64,000 nt of DNA from an uncultured candidatus Porisulfidus sp. (GTDB lineage Bacteria > Pseudomonadota > Gammaproteobacteria > Poriferisulfidales > Oxydemutatoraceae), in NCBI GenBank assembly GCA_965215125.1, contig OZ244052.1:1280001-1344000 (forward strand), in the 5' to 3' direction. Both the position numbers and the translations under genes were made by a program. The notes under the pieces are model-generated. The model was not told the DNA's origin. It did no database searches and saw nothing but the letters and a program-made list of their open reading frames with translations. The stretch's first letter is position 1, and each line of letters starts with the position of its first letter. Of the stretch, positions 31,115 to 41,427 are shown in pieces.

Positions 31115-32530
31115 CTAACTCTCATAACAACTATCATTTAAGGACATTGCACTCGCCATAATCTCGTAAGGATTGTACCCTATATAATGCCGTTCAAGTA
31201 CATAAACCTTATAAGGCGCGTTCAACGCCTCACGGTAAAATAAACTGTGCATTTGCGTCGTAGTCTGACTTTCGCCTCGTCCTATGCCTAATTCTATATA
31301 AGCGGCAAAAAATCGGCTCTGCACATCTAGATATTCTTTATACCATTGGCGTTTTTTATTATCTTCTATATAAGGCTTTAAGAGGTTGTTTATGGCTTTT
31401 CTATTTCTCAACGGTTCTTTGCGTATATCTCTATAAAGTTCCTCTGCATTGGAACTGCCTATATATGGTAGTGTTGCAAGCACGGCAATTGATGCATTAT
31501 TGATATTAATCCGTTTACCGTTGGGGGCATCGGTAGGTAGCGCAACGAGATAAGCTAGTATATCATCCATTCCCAATTCAAAATCACCGTCGTCGGGATG
31601 TCCGCTGCTTTGCATCGGGAATTCTCTGAACACTTTAATAAGATAGAGCTCTTGTATAGAAGCGATAGGTCCGTTGGCTGCGCGATAAGAGGGTTTTTCA
31701 AAACTATAGTCGGAACTTTCGGCACCTTTAGGTCTGTAGTCATCGTTATAGTCCAACCAGTCGCGTAAGTTGTCCAAAAACTCCCCCACATCACTCTGGT
31801 CCAAGTCTATATCCTCTCTGGAATACAATTCTCTGAAACGCTGTGTATACCAGTCTGCCCGAGCCGGTGGGTTTTCCTCGGTATCAAAGTAACTGTTATC
31901 AACTTTGTTGACACCTTCTATACGAGTTACCTGTCCGCCGAGTAGCATATTATTAACATTGAGCATAGCCTGCAGGTCATAAATACAAAGTTTGGTTTTT
32001 TGCAACCCTAAGTTCTCAAATTTCGCAATCATGGGAGTTATTTTTTCCGCCAGCTGGTCGGTATCCGACCAACTTTGATTTTTATGTTCCTCTTCCTCTT
32101 CTTCGTCTTCTTCGTCATAGTAATCATCGTCGTTTTCGTCGTCTTTCTCATCCTCTTCGTCGTCATCACTATTGTCATTTTCCTCATCCGTTATGTCTTC
32201 TACATCGTCGTAGTAATCGTCGTCGTCATCCGGCGACCAGTCGGGATTTACTAAAGTGGCATAATAATCGTAACCTTGTTCACCCTGTTCCGAGCGATCT
32301 TCCTCCAAGATATCCGCAGCCACTTTCTCCAGCGACAAGGCAAGTAAAACAGCTTGTTCTTTCTCTAAAACACGAGTCATGCGAGCGGTATCCAAATTTT
32401 GACCGTAGAGCAACCACGAGGCGGTTGCGGAAACCGAAGCCACTACAATCATCACGGTAATCAATGCGATACCCGAGTTTTTTTTATTACGGTCGGCAAG
32501 GATCATATCTTGATACCGGTTATTGTTCAT
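31115..32530 (-). CDS. gspK: T2SS minor pseudopilin GspK with a long acidic insertion
   Basis: SGIALITVM, DLQAMLNVN, DWLD..GAE..Y and ININNAS motifs. Confidence 0.9.
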   Translation of the reverse strand: MNNNRYQDMILADRNKKNSGIALITVMIVVASVSATASWLLYGQNLDTARMTRVLEKEQAVLLALSLEKVAADILEEDRSEQGEQGYDYYATLVNPDWSPDDDDDYYDDVEDITDEENDNSDDDEEDEKDDENDDDYYDEEDEEEEEEHKNQSWSDTDQLAEKITPMIAKFENLGLQKTKLCIYDLQAMLNVNNMLLGGQVTRIEGVNKVDNSYFDTEENPPARADWYTQRFRELYSREDIDLDQSDVGEFLDNLRDWLDYNDDYRPKGAESSDYSFEKPSYRAANGPIASIQELYLIKVFREFPMQSSGHPDDGDFELGMDDILAYLVALPTDAPNGKRININNASIAVLATLPYIGSSNAEELYRDIRKEPLRNRKAINNLLKPYIEDNKKRQWYKEYLDVQSRFFAAYIELGIGRGESQTTTQMHSLFYREALNAPYKVYVLERHYIGYNPYEIMASAMSLNDSCYES

Positions 32531-33191
32531 CTGTCAACCGCCACGGATATTCCCCGAGCCCCGGAAAACGTCGAGTAAACGCCCGTTCGTTGTCGTTTTG
32601 GTCTCTTAGCACAAGTTCTACTTCTATACCGGTGCCTTCGTCTCCTTCGTTGGTAGGTAACGATTCAAGGTAGGCGCGGCTATTTTGATCTTGTTCTCGT
32701 ACCAAACTCCAATAGGGGCGCACATCGAAGGAAACAACGTCTTCCAACAAAATACTAACAATCGGTTGACTATCTTGTGCCCTATCTAGGACCGGCCACG
32801 ACAAACGATAGAGCTTATCTTGTTGCTGACAATAAGCGACTCGGTGAAGTCCCGAGCGTATCAATCCTCCCGGTTCCAATCCGGCGCGGCTAAACGAAAC
32901 CTCGCAAAAGTAACTATTGTCGCTGGTGTACTCGTTGCTGTCTTCTTGAAATGCCGGAAGACGTTCCTCGCCCAATGCCGGTAATATCGGGCGGCGCGTG
33001 ATATTCAAAAAGTCGTCTAAAAGCAATGTCATAACCAATTGAATGTCGTTCAGCTGGGCGGAGCGTTCCTCCGCCTTTTGTTGCACCATCATCGAAGTTT
33101 GCAAACCCTGAAAAGTCATCGCCGAGATGACCGCAAATATCGCCATAGCAATCAGTACTTCTATCAGAGTGAAGCCGACTGATTTAAGCAT
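32520..33191 (-). CDS. gspJ: T2SS minor pseudopilin GspJ
   Basis: GFTLIEVLIAMAIFA, RSGLHRVAY and WPVLDRA motifs. Confidence 0.9.
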   Translation of the reverse strand: MLKSVGFTLIEVLIAMAIFAVISAMTFQGLQTSMMVQQKAEERSAQLNDIQLVMTLLLDDFLNITRRPILPALGEERLPAFQEDSNEYTSDNSYFCEVSFSRAGLEPGGLIRSGLHRVAYCQQQDKLYRLSWPVLDRAQDSQPIVSILLEDVVSFDVRPYWSLVREQDQNSRAYLESLPTNEGDEGTGIEVELVLRDQNDNERAFTRRFPGLGEYPWRLTDEQ

Positions 33192-33194
33192 TTT

Positions 33195-33653
33195 TTAGCA
33201 AGCGATGATACTCAAAGTCGCCGCTGGACGTACCTTGTCGGGATCGGCATTAGGCACATAGACTTCTACCGAGAACAGCGGTGGTATTTCAATCTCGTCG
33301 TCGCCGATTATAGAACTGTCGCTATCACCTACAATGCTGATGACTTCAACGCTTTGTAGCCAATTCCATTGTGCTCCTGCCTGTTCTTCGTAGCCTTCGG
33401 ATGAACCGACATTTTCGCATTGATCGCCGATATTCTGATTATTGTGTATGTTAATCAGTGTATTCCAAGCGACCAAATGTGCCATATAACGCTCGCGCAA
33501 GTGCGATTGGGCGGCGGAGTAATTGGAAAGCGCATCCAGCGATGCGCCCAGTGCAATTGCCAATACCACCACCGCAATCAATACCTCAATCAGAGTGAAA
33601 CCGAATTGGCGATGTTGCATCTTTCTGTTGTACGAGTAGTTTGTAGAGCGCAT
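33195..33653 (-). CDS. gspI: T2SS minor pseudopilin GspI
   Basis: GFTLIEVLIA and G.EEQAGAQWNW motifs; operon position. Confidence 0.85.
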   Translation of the reverse strand: MRSTNYSYNRKMQHRQFGFTLIEVLIAVVVLAIALGASLDALSNYSAAQSHLRERYMAHLVAWNTLINIHNNQNIGDQCENVGSSEGYEEQAGAQWNWLQSVEVISIVGDSDSSIIGDDEIEIPPLFSVEVYVPNADPDKVRPAATLSIIAC

Positions 33654-33663
33654 AAGATGTGAC

Positions 33664-34383
33664 TCATCGATAATCTTTTGCTTCGCCGAAACGTACGCGT
33701 CCGGTTGCCGTCCAACTTAAACTGAGATGTTTTTTTTCATCGAAGACTACGCGCATCGTTCCACTAGGTTCCCAAAGGCCGGTGGGATGAAATTGCACAA
33801 GCGGTCGCCATTGTGGTTTGTTTCGTTCATCGTCTTCATCTTCATATAGACTTAAATCGTCATCGTCCGGTTGTTCTTGTGCTCTGAGGTTCACATATTC
33901 GCTAACCGAACTAAACTCGCTACCTTCGGCATCTTGAAATAAGAGTTTCCAACCTGTTTGTAATGAAACTTTTATGTTATTGCAACCATTCGGAAAGCAC
34001 GATTTGCTACATTCCCAATCTCGCCGTTCTTCGTTTCTGCACAAAGGCTGTAAATAATGCGATTTCTCGTCCCATGCCACCGCATAACGACGACCACTGA
34101 GTATCGCTTCGTCGGCCATAGCGTTCATCATGCTTACCGTATTGCGCATTGCTTCTTGAACCCGTCCGCGATCACCCACCGATACAGACAAAATGCCCGC
34201 CCCGACGATAATAGAAACGATGAGTACTACGGTGAGCAGTTCTATTAACGTAAAACCTAATACGCTTGTGTGATGATGAGAGTGGTAGCTACTTCGTTTA
34301 TTGGTCGAGATTCCAGTTGCCAATATCTTTGTCAAAGTCATTGCCGCCTTCCCTGCCGTCTTTACCGTAACTGTAGATATCAA
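33664..34383 (-). CDS. gspH: T2SS minor pseudopilin GspH (start uncertain)
   Basis: GFTLIELL, DEAILSG and QFHPTG motifs; operon position. Confidence 0.8.
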   Translation of the reverse strand: MISTVTVKTAGKAAMTLTKILATGISTNKRSSYHSHHHTSVLGFTLIELLTVVLIVSIIVGAGILSVSVGDRGRVQEAMRNTVSMMNAMADEAILSGRRYAVAWDEKSHYLQPLCRNEERRDWECSKSCFPNGCNNIKVSLQTGWKLLFQDAEGSEFSSVSEYVNLRAQEQPDDDDLSLYEDEDDERNKPQWRPLVQFHPTGLWEPSGTMRVVFDEKKHLSLSWTATGRVRFGEAKDYR

Positions 34384-34705
34384 ATTTGCCGGGATTACGG
34401 CCGCCGGGATTGCGATATTGATAGTCGTTATTCCATGGATCTTTCGGCACCTTATCTAAATAGCCCCCGGACGCGAGTTCGGATAAATCGGACGGATAAT
34501 CAAAATTATCCAAACGGTATAGATTAATCGCATTGACCAGAGTGCGTACATCTTGTTTGGCGCGTACCTGTCGTGCATGCTCCGGCCGTTCCATAATAGA
34601 CGGTACAACCAACGCCGCCAACACGCCGAGTATAACCACCACTACCATAATCTCTATTAAGGTGAAACCTGCTTGCTTTTTTCTACGCAATCTATATCTA
34701 TTCAT
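34298..34705 (-). CDS. gspG: T2SS major pseudopilin GspG
   Basis: GFTLIEIMVVVVILGVLAALVVP, LYRLDN, PKDPW and DIGNW motifs. Confidence 0.97.
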   Translation of the reverse strand: MNRYRLRRKKQAGFTLIEIMVVVVILGVLAALVVPSIMERPEHARQVRAKQDVRTLVNAINLYRLDNFDYPSDLSELASGGYLDKVPKDPWNNDYQYRNPGGRNPGKFDIYSYGKDGREGGNDFDKDIGNWNLDQ

Positions 34706-34711
34706 TTTTCC

Positions 34712-35911
34712 TCATATTAATTGATTCATTTGTATTATAGGCACTAATACCGCCATCACGATGAGTAGCACCACGCCACCCATCATTATAACCAACAACG
34801 GTTCGAATAGCTTTAGTCCGGTATCAATTACCGTCTTGAGTCGTTGGTCGTAGTAATCGGCTACTTTTAGGAGCATTTTGTCTAAAGCACCGCTTGATTC
34901 GCCACTACTTACCATGTGAATTAAAAAAGGTGGGAAACGATCGGCTTTGAGTAGTGCTTGGTGCAGGCTGTCGCCTTCTCGGACGCGATTTGCGACCTCG
35001 TCTAAATCGCTTTTGAGTGCTAGATTATCAACCCGTTCCGAGGCGATTTTCAAAGAGTCCAATGCCGGCACACCGCTACCCAGTAGCATCCCCAAACTGC
35101 GTGCCCATCCCGACACATTACCGACGACGAACCAATAACCCAAGCGCGGAACTTTGAGTAAAAAACCGTGCCATTTCTTCTTTTTTTCGGCATCGCGTAG
35201 CATCAGCAAAAAAATAACCAAGCTGCCGGTCAACAACACAAAAAGATAGAACCCGTAATTTTTCAACCAATCGCTGATTGCCAATAACGCGATCGTCAGC
35301 CCGGGTAATTCCTGATCCATTTGACCGAAAACTCGCGTGACCTGCGGGACCACATAAATAAGCAACAGGATAATCACGGTGATGGCAACGGTCATCATAA
35401 GCAACGGATAGATCAAAGCGGTCATCATGGACTGCTTTGCTTTGCCGCTGTGTTCTACATCGTCCGCCAATCGCTCTAGCACCTGTTCCAAGTGTCCGGT
35501 TTCCTCTCCCGCCGAGATCGTTGCAATATAGTCGGACGGGAAAATCGCCGGTGCTTTCTCTAAGGCATGCGCTAGCGATTGCCCCTCTGCGACTTGGCTT
35601 CTAATCGCGCTGACCAGTCGCTTAATCGTCACATTCTCGGCTTGTTCCGCCATCAACCTCAAACTTTGTTCAAGCGGCATGCCCGAACCGACTAAGGTTG
35701 CTAGTTGCCGCGTCAATAACATTAGATTATTGCCTTTGAACTTACTTTTGAATTGAAATAAGGAACGGCCTACACTCACCGGCGCGACTTCTATGGGCAT
35801 CAAACCCCTTTCACGCAACAGTTGACGAAGGTGTCGCTCCGAATCGGCTTCTAGTACATCCTTACGGATTTTTCCCGACTTGTCGTACGCTTTGTAGTTA
35901 TACGCTTGCAT
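34712..35911 (-). CDS. gspF: T2SS inner membrane protein GspF
   Basis: TRQLATLVGSGMPL, AGEETGHL and SGESSGALD motifs. Likely start is MQAYNYKAYD. Confidence 0.95.
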   Translation of the reverse strand: MQAYNYKAYDKSGKIRKDVLEADSERHLRQLLRERGLMPIEVAPVSVGRSLFQFKSKFKGNNLMLLTRQLATLVGSGMPLEQSLRLMAEQAENVTIKRLVSAIRSQVAEGQSLAHALEKAPAIFPSDYIATISAGEETGHLEQVLERLADDVEHSGKAKQSMMTALIYPLLMMTVAITVIILLLIYVVPQVTRVFGQMDQELPGLTIALLAISDWLKNYGFYLFVLLTGSLVIFLLMLRDAEKKKKWHGFLLKVPRLGYWFVVGNVSGWARSLGMLLGSGVPALDSLKIASERVDNLALKSDLDEVANRVREGDSLHQALLKADRFPPFLIHMVSSGESSGALDKMLLKVADYYDQRLKTVIDTGLKLFEPLLVIMMGGVVLLIVMAVLVPIIQMNQLI

Positions 35912-36075
35912 AATCGTAGTATATACTATCTGCCGTTGCAAGCGATGATTTATTACCTTTCCTGTGCAGAGCACAGCCTGACGGGGTGGTCAACAAAAGC
36001 TACATCATCCGATTCTGATTTCTATCGTGTTATACTCGTGCCTCACGATTATCTATATCAATAAGGAGAAAAATT

Positions 36076-36426
36076 ATGGCAATGAAGTATCTTTCGGGTG
36101 CGCAAAATAAAGACATTAAATCATTGGGAATAGAAGGCATAAACGCTTTCTTGGAAGATGTTGTTTCCTCCAACAATGAGGAAGCACCGATTAGCGCAGG
36201 ATTTTTTAGAATGGAAGCCGGTAACCCACTGGAATACACCTATAGCTACGATGAATGTAAAATTATGCTTGAGGGTGAAATGACGATTACCGAAGTAGGA
36301 GGAGAGACGGTCTCCCTGAAGCCCGGCGATGTCGTTTATTTTGATGCCGGCACGAAGGTAGTTTTCTCGTCCGAGACCTCCGGCACTGCATTTTATGTGG
36401 GGCAGAGGAAGCAAGGTGTGCTATAG
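36076..36426 (+). CDS. EutQ-like cupin protein
   Basis: ISAGFF, YTYSYDECKIMLEGE and KPGDVVYF motifs. Confidence 0.75.
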   Translation: MAMKYLSGAQNKDIKSLGIEGINAFLEDVVSSNNEEAPISAGFFRMEAGNPLEYTYSYDECKIMLEGEMTITEVGGETVSLKPGDVVYFDAGTKVVFSSETSGTAFYVGQRKQGVL

Positions 36427-36643
36427 ATTTATGGCTATCAGCCGAGTCTAGCCGCCCATTTAACGAACAAAAACACCGACTTATGTTCTTTGCTTTCTAT
36501 TAACGCACAGGATGTTCGTTATTTTTTGCTAACGAACAAAAAAGACCATTTATGTTCTTTATATTAATGGAAAACAACAAATAGGCATTATAATCCTCTA
36601 AAATATGTTTATTAACGAACGAATTATTGTATAAATATTCTTT

Positions 36644-37816
36644 ATGATGGGAAAAGCCGACAGAATAGGGCAAATGATTAAAGGTTCTGCCGTAGCAGGT
36701 GAAACCTATCAGGCTTATATACCTAATCCGTTGCCACCCAATCCACCCCTAAATTTAGACAATTTCCACAAAGTGATTGAGCAGGCTAGCAACACCTTGG
36801 GTAGGTTGGACGGTATGAGTGCACTTTTACCCGATATATCACTTTTTTTGAAGATGTGCGCGCGCAAAGAAGCAGTTTTATCATCACAGATTGAAGGAAC
36901 GCAGTCTTCGCTTTCCGACCTATTATCATCGGAAAGTTTGAAATTACAAGAAACCTCTGCTGATGATGTGGAAGAGGTGAAGTGTTACATAGCGGCGATG
37001 AATTACGGTTTAAGCAGACTGAAAGAAATACCTTTATCGTTGCGCTTAATCCGAGAGATACACGCAAGGCTCATGCATAATTCTAGAGGTAGGAATAAAC
37101 AACCCGGAGAGTTTCGAAAGTCGCAAAACTGGATTGGAGGAAGTAGCCCGAGTAAAGCAACTTATGTTCCACCACCGCCCGAACGGCTGATGGAATGTTT
37201 AGATTGCTTTGAGAAATTTTTGCACGACGAGAACATACAATTGCCTGTATTAGTTAAAGTCGCTCTGGTGCATGTCCAGTTTGAAAGCATCCATCCATTT
37301 TTAGACGGCAATGGGCGGCTAGGACGATTACTTATTACTTTCATGCTATGTGTGGAAGGCATGATCAAGGAACCGCTACTCTACCTAAGCCTATATTTTA
37401 AGACTTATCGCCAAGCGTATTACAATCATTTGCATGCTGTGCACGAAACCGGTGATTGGGAGGGGTGGATCAGATTTTTTCTAGAAGGTGTTATTGATAT
37501 AGCCAATCAGACAATGGAAGCGGCACAAAGTATCAGAAAGTTATTTAGTGATCACCGTAGGCTTATTGAGAGTTTGGAACAATCGGCGGCATCGGTTTCA
37601 ACTATTAGTACGATATATGCCGATCTGCAACGACACCCTATATCTAACACTGCGTCAATACGTAAAAATACAAGATTGTCACAACCTACTGTGACGCGTA
37701 GTCTCTCTGCATTAGAAAGACTCGGTATTATTAAGGAAATCACCGGCAAATCGCGCCACAAAGTATTTGTTTACAGTGTCTATTTAGACATACTGAACAA
37801 AGGCACAGAATTATGA
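36644..37816 (+). CDS. Fic family protein with N-terminal autoinhibitory motif and C-terminal HTH
   Basis: HPFLDGNGRLGR and SSQIEG motifs. Confidence 0.95.
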   Translation: MMGKADRIGQMIKGSAVAGETYQAYIPNPLPPNPPLNLDNFHKVIEQASNTLGRLDGMSALLPDISLFLKMCARKEAVLSSQIEGTQSSLSDLLSSESLKLQETSADDVEEVKCYIAAMNYGLSRLKEIPLSLRLIREIHARLMHNSRGRNKQPGEFRKSQNWIGGSSPSKATYVPPPPERLMECLDCFEKFLHDENIQLPVLVKVALVHVQFESIHPFLDGNGRLGRLLITFMLCVEGMIKEPLLYLSLYFKTYRQAYYNHLHAVHETGDWEGWIRFFLEGVIDIANQTMEAAQSIRKLFSDHRRLIESLEQSAASVSTISTIYADLQRHPISNTASIRKNTRLSQPTVTRSLSALERLGIIKEITGKSRHKVFVYSVYLDILNKGTEL

Positions 37817-37878
37817 CATCAAAGTTATTGCTGTTACCAAGTATCTTGCGCAATAGCTAAGTTCGGGGCAGTTCTAGA

Positions 37879-37958
37879 AATAATAAACCAACAGCAACAC
37901 CGAAAGCACGATGCCCATGACGATTATCAGTGTGGTGGTGGATACATCTCGTCCGTAT
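37879..37958. repeat. 80-bp perfect direct repeat (island boundary)
   Basis: Identical to 41625-41704. Confidence 0.95.
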
Positions 37959-38963
37959 ACGGTGGCAACATTAAGAATAAGGTCAGTTGCTATCAAAAAG
38001 AGATTTTCTTAGTTCTTTATTGTATCGTTCCATTCTACTTAAAAGAGAAGGACAAAAATCTGCATTAACGCCTCGTTTTGCCATAACCGGTGCGCCGCCG
38101 GGGTTATGCCTATCTCTAAAATAAACTTTTGGATCATTATGGGTAAAGATCATTTGATCTTTTTTTATTTCCTTATGTTTATCTTTACGCAGATAAATTA
38201 AATTTCGAGAATCGTCTATTAACTTATATTCTTGTTGATTTCTGGCATAAAGTAATGGAACAATGTGGTGCAGTTCATAATTTTCCTGTTTTTTTATTTT
38301 ATGTTTCTTAAAATATCTACTTTTTGGTTCTTCGTTTCTTCTCATTGCAAATATACCGGATGCCTTTCCTGTGTTTAGGGAAAACCATTTATCATGAACT
38401 TGGAAATATATTGTCGTCTTAAATAAAGACATGAGTTGTTGGGTTTCGTTTCTCCAGTTGTGGTAATCTCTTTTGTCGGTTTTATTTCCTGAAAATCTTT
38501 TAGGGTTGCAATATTCTTTTATTAATCTTCGGGCATTATCTCGTTGATTTCGAGTAAGTGAACGCCAAGCATGCAACATTTCGATTTTCTCGATACCATT
38601 TAGTTCATGATCACTAAATATCAAAGTATATTCGTCAAAATAAAATTTATCTTTTCTATACTCGCTTAGCTCTATTGCCGAAACTAAATCAACTAAGGTA
38701 TTTTTTAGTAATTTTTCTAGTCCATCGGTAAATATTTTATATTTTTCAAATAGTCTCTTTTCCTTTATAAGCCTAATTCCTTCTGCCGAGAGTCGTGCAG
38801 TTGAGATTTTTTCCGATTACAAAATGGATCTAGCTCATCACCTTTTTGGCCAAATCTTTCGAGAAAACCGGCTCTAGAGAAGTCTACAAAAAGATTTTTC
38901 TTTAGTGGATTCGGTCCATTTAAGATTTTACTTGATTTCAAACGTTCATATATCTCATTAAAC

Positions 38964-40279
38964 GAGACTGTAATTTAAATTGTGTAAGTTCTAATTAAGA
39001 TAAACTAGGTGGCAACACCAAACTAATAAAGGAGAACTTATGAAAGATATAAAAAGCATCGGGAAAGAATTATCCCGTCATGTAAAGACCCAACAAGAGA
39101 TGACCGATATCATCGGTCAGTTGATTAAGTCAATGATGGAAGGCATACTCAATGCGGAGCTGGACGACCATCTCGGCTATGAGAAAAACGACAAAGCATC
39201 CAAGCGTAGAAAGAATACCCGCAACGGGCATAGTGCCAAGACCTTAAAGACCAATTATGGGGATATAACGATACAGACACCGCGAGATCGGGAGGCGTCG
39301 TTTGAACCGATGATTGTGCCGAAAGGGAAAACCCGTTTAGACGGATTTGAGGATACGATATTGGCACTCTATGCGCAAGGGATGACGGTGCGACAGATAC
39401 AAGAGTCGATTAAAGAGTTGTATCATGGTGCGGAGATTTCTACTGCGGTTATCTCGAATGTCACCGATGCGGTGATAGACGAGGTGCGGACTTGGCAGAG
39501 CCGAGTGTTAGAGTGCCTCTATGTGGTGATGTATCTGGATTGCATCGTCGTCAAAGTGCGAGAGCAAGGCCGTATCATTAACAAGTCGATCTATGTTGCA
39601 CTGGGCATAAAGCGCAGTGGACGCAAGGAATTACTCGGGTTGTGGATTGCCGAGACCGAAAGTGCTAAGTTCTGGTTAGCGATATTAACCGAGCTACAAA
39701 ATCGGGGTGTGAAAGATATCTTGATCTGTTGCATAGATGGTCTGAAGGGTTTCGCAGAGGCGATTGCCAGCGTCTATCCGCAGGCAAAAATACAACTGTG
39801 TCTAGTCCACATGATGAGAAACTCGCTACGCTATGTTGCGACTAAAGATAAGAAAGCAGTCTCGGCAGCGTTAAAGAAGATATACAATAGTCCTACGGCG
39901 CAGGCTGCCGAGCAGGCGTTAGATGAGTTTGCCGATTGCTGGTCGGCAAAATATCCGAGTGTTGAGCGGTCGTGGCGCAATAACTGGGACAACCTGATTA
40001 CGTTATTTGATTACCCGCCGGAGATTAGAAAAATTATCTATACAACGAATGCGATAGAAAGTCTCAATAGCGTGATTAGAAAATCCATCCGCAACCGGAA
40101 GATATTCCCGAGCGACCAATCGGCATTGAAAGTAGTTTATTTGGCAATCAAAAAAGCCTCTGCTCGCTGGACGCTGCCGATACGAAATTGGATACCGGCG
40201 ATGAACCGATTAGCTATTGAATACGAAGGTAGATTTGATATTGAGGAAAACGAAGTTACACAAAATAGTTAACAGGCTC
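38964..40279 (+). mobile_element. IS256-family insertion sequence
   Basis: Imperfect IRs gagactgt..tgtgtaa and ttacaca..acaggctc. Perfect 8-bp TSD cattaaac at 38956-38963 and 40280-40287. Confidence 0.95.
39040..40272 (+). CDS. IS256-family transposase
   Basis: RNG, PRDR, YLDCI, DGLKGF, QLCLVH and YTTNAIESLN motifs. Confidence 0.97.
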   Translation: MKDIKSIGKELSRHVKTQQEMTDIIGQLIKSMMEGILNAELDDHLGYEKNDKASKRRKNTRNGHSAKTLKTNYGDITIQTPRDREASFEPMIVPKGKTRLDGFEDTILALYAQGMTVRQIQESIKELYHGAEISTAVISNVTDAVIDEVRTWQSRVLECLYVVMYLDCIVVKVREQGRIINKSIYVALGIKRSGRKELLGLWIAETESAKFWLAILTELQNRGVKDILICCIDGLKGFAEAIASVYPQAKIQLCLVHMMRNSLRYVATKDKKAVSAALKKIYNSPTAQAAEQALDEFADCWSAKYPSVERSWRNNWDNLITLFDYPPEIRKIIYTTNAIESLNSVIRKSIRNRKIFPSDQSALKVVYLAIKKASARWTLPIRNWIPAMNRLAIEYEGRFDIEENEVTQNS

Positions 40280-40536
40280 CATTAAACTTGGGATGCTCTT
40301 TTCGCATCTCTTTTAATTTTTTCTCTTCTTTATTGCCAATATCTCCACTAGGAACACTAAAACTATTTTCCCCGACAACTTTGTATATTGTTTTTAGGAT
40401 ATTATCTAATTTATCAATATCGTATCTATTGTGTTGTGATAAATGTATGCCTCTGTAATCCTTTCTCTGAACACGACGGACGATATATTTTAGAAACTTA
40501 TTACCTTTTTCTATGTCTAGAATGTTTTGCAGTAAT

Positions 40537-41427
40537 TTATCCATACAATTCTATTACCTCTTCTTTTACGGAACCGTCCGAGAACAATATTATCTGTTGT
40601 ACCTTTAATGGTCTGACATCGGTATTTTTTTCTGTTGCAGGAATCTCTCCTTTTGTTGCGGATAGTCTTCTATTGGCTAGTTCAACGAATTCTTTGCAAT
40701 TATCGGCACACAAGAAATTCCTGTTTAATTTCTTTGCTGCAACTGCTGTCGTGCCGCTACCGACAAAGCAATCAAAAATTAGATCACCCTCTTTACTACT
40801 CGCTTTAATTATTCTTTCAATCATTTCTAACGGTTTCGGTGTTGCGTGTTCCATAGGTACGGTTTTGCCGTTAATTTTATTCTTATGGCGCTCGCTTGTT
40901 ATATGCCAAACATCGCCGCATAATTTACCTTTTTCATTAGGAAACCAACGCTCGCCGTTTTTTTTAAGAATACCCTTTTTTTGTGCGTGCGCTATTCGTT
41001 CGGTTGAATCATACTCAATTCTCACATCGTCCGCGTTAAAGGTCTTCGGGTTGTCTTTAGAAAAAAATAGGATTGTTTCTTGATTGGGTATGAATTTTTT
41101 TTTGGTATAACAAAAGCCGTCCCGTTTATCCCAGGTGAGCCAATTTTGGAAAATCATTCCCTTCTCTACAAGATGATTTAATATGAAAGCGGAGTGATAC
41201 GGCGTGTTAAAAATATAAATACTTGCTCCACTACTTAATTTCGGAATGAGTGCATCTATCCACTTAAAAGTGAAATTGAAAAATGCCTTTTCGTTATGAA
41301 AAGTGTCCCAATCACCCTTGTTGAGAAAATACGGTGGATCAATAATAGCTAGATCTATGGTGCTATCGTCTATATCTGATATAAAATCAAAACAGCCTTT
41401 TAGTATTATTTTATTTAAGTTCACCAT
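40537..41427 (-). CDS. Beta-class N6-adenine DNA methyltransferase, M1.MboII-like
   Basis: IDPPY, FQNWLTWDKRDG, KGILK..RWFPN and HATPKP..DCFVGSGTT closely resemble M.MboIIA as recalled from memory. Confidence 0.9.
   Translation of the reverse strand: MVNLNKIILKGCFDFISDIDDSTIDLAIIDPPYFLNKGDWDTFHNEKAFFNFTFKWIDALIPKLSSGASIYIFNTPYHSAFILNHLVEKGMIFQNWLTWDKRDGFCYTKKKFIPNQETILFFSKDNPKTFNADDVRIEYDSTERIAHAQKKGILKKNGERWFPNEKGKLCGDVWHITSERHKNKINGKTVPMEHATPKPLEMIERIIKASSKEGDLIFDCFVGSGTTAVAAKKLNRNFLCADNCKEFVELANRRLSATKGEIPATEKNTDVRPLKVQQIILFSDGSVKEEVIELYG

Larger units (their letters stand above)
37983..40544 (-). pseudogene. MboII-like type IIS (HNH) restriction endonuclease, split by IS256 and frameshifted
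   Basis: YRGIHLSQHNRYD, KNLFVDF, DKRDYHNW and YELHHIVPLL match R.MboII as recalled from memory. A frameshift lies at the T6 run 38807-38812. Confidence 0.85.

Noticed and set aside
37879-37958. DGR TR/VR pair or prophage att site
   Set aside because: The copies are identical and there are no RT, integrase or phage genes between them.
40388-41083. 231-aa plus-strand ORF
   Set aside because: It is the antisense shadow of the MTase gene. The same applies to the many short ORFs opposite groEL, dsbD, mrp and the giant gene.
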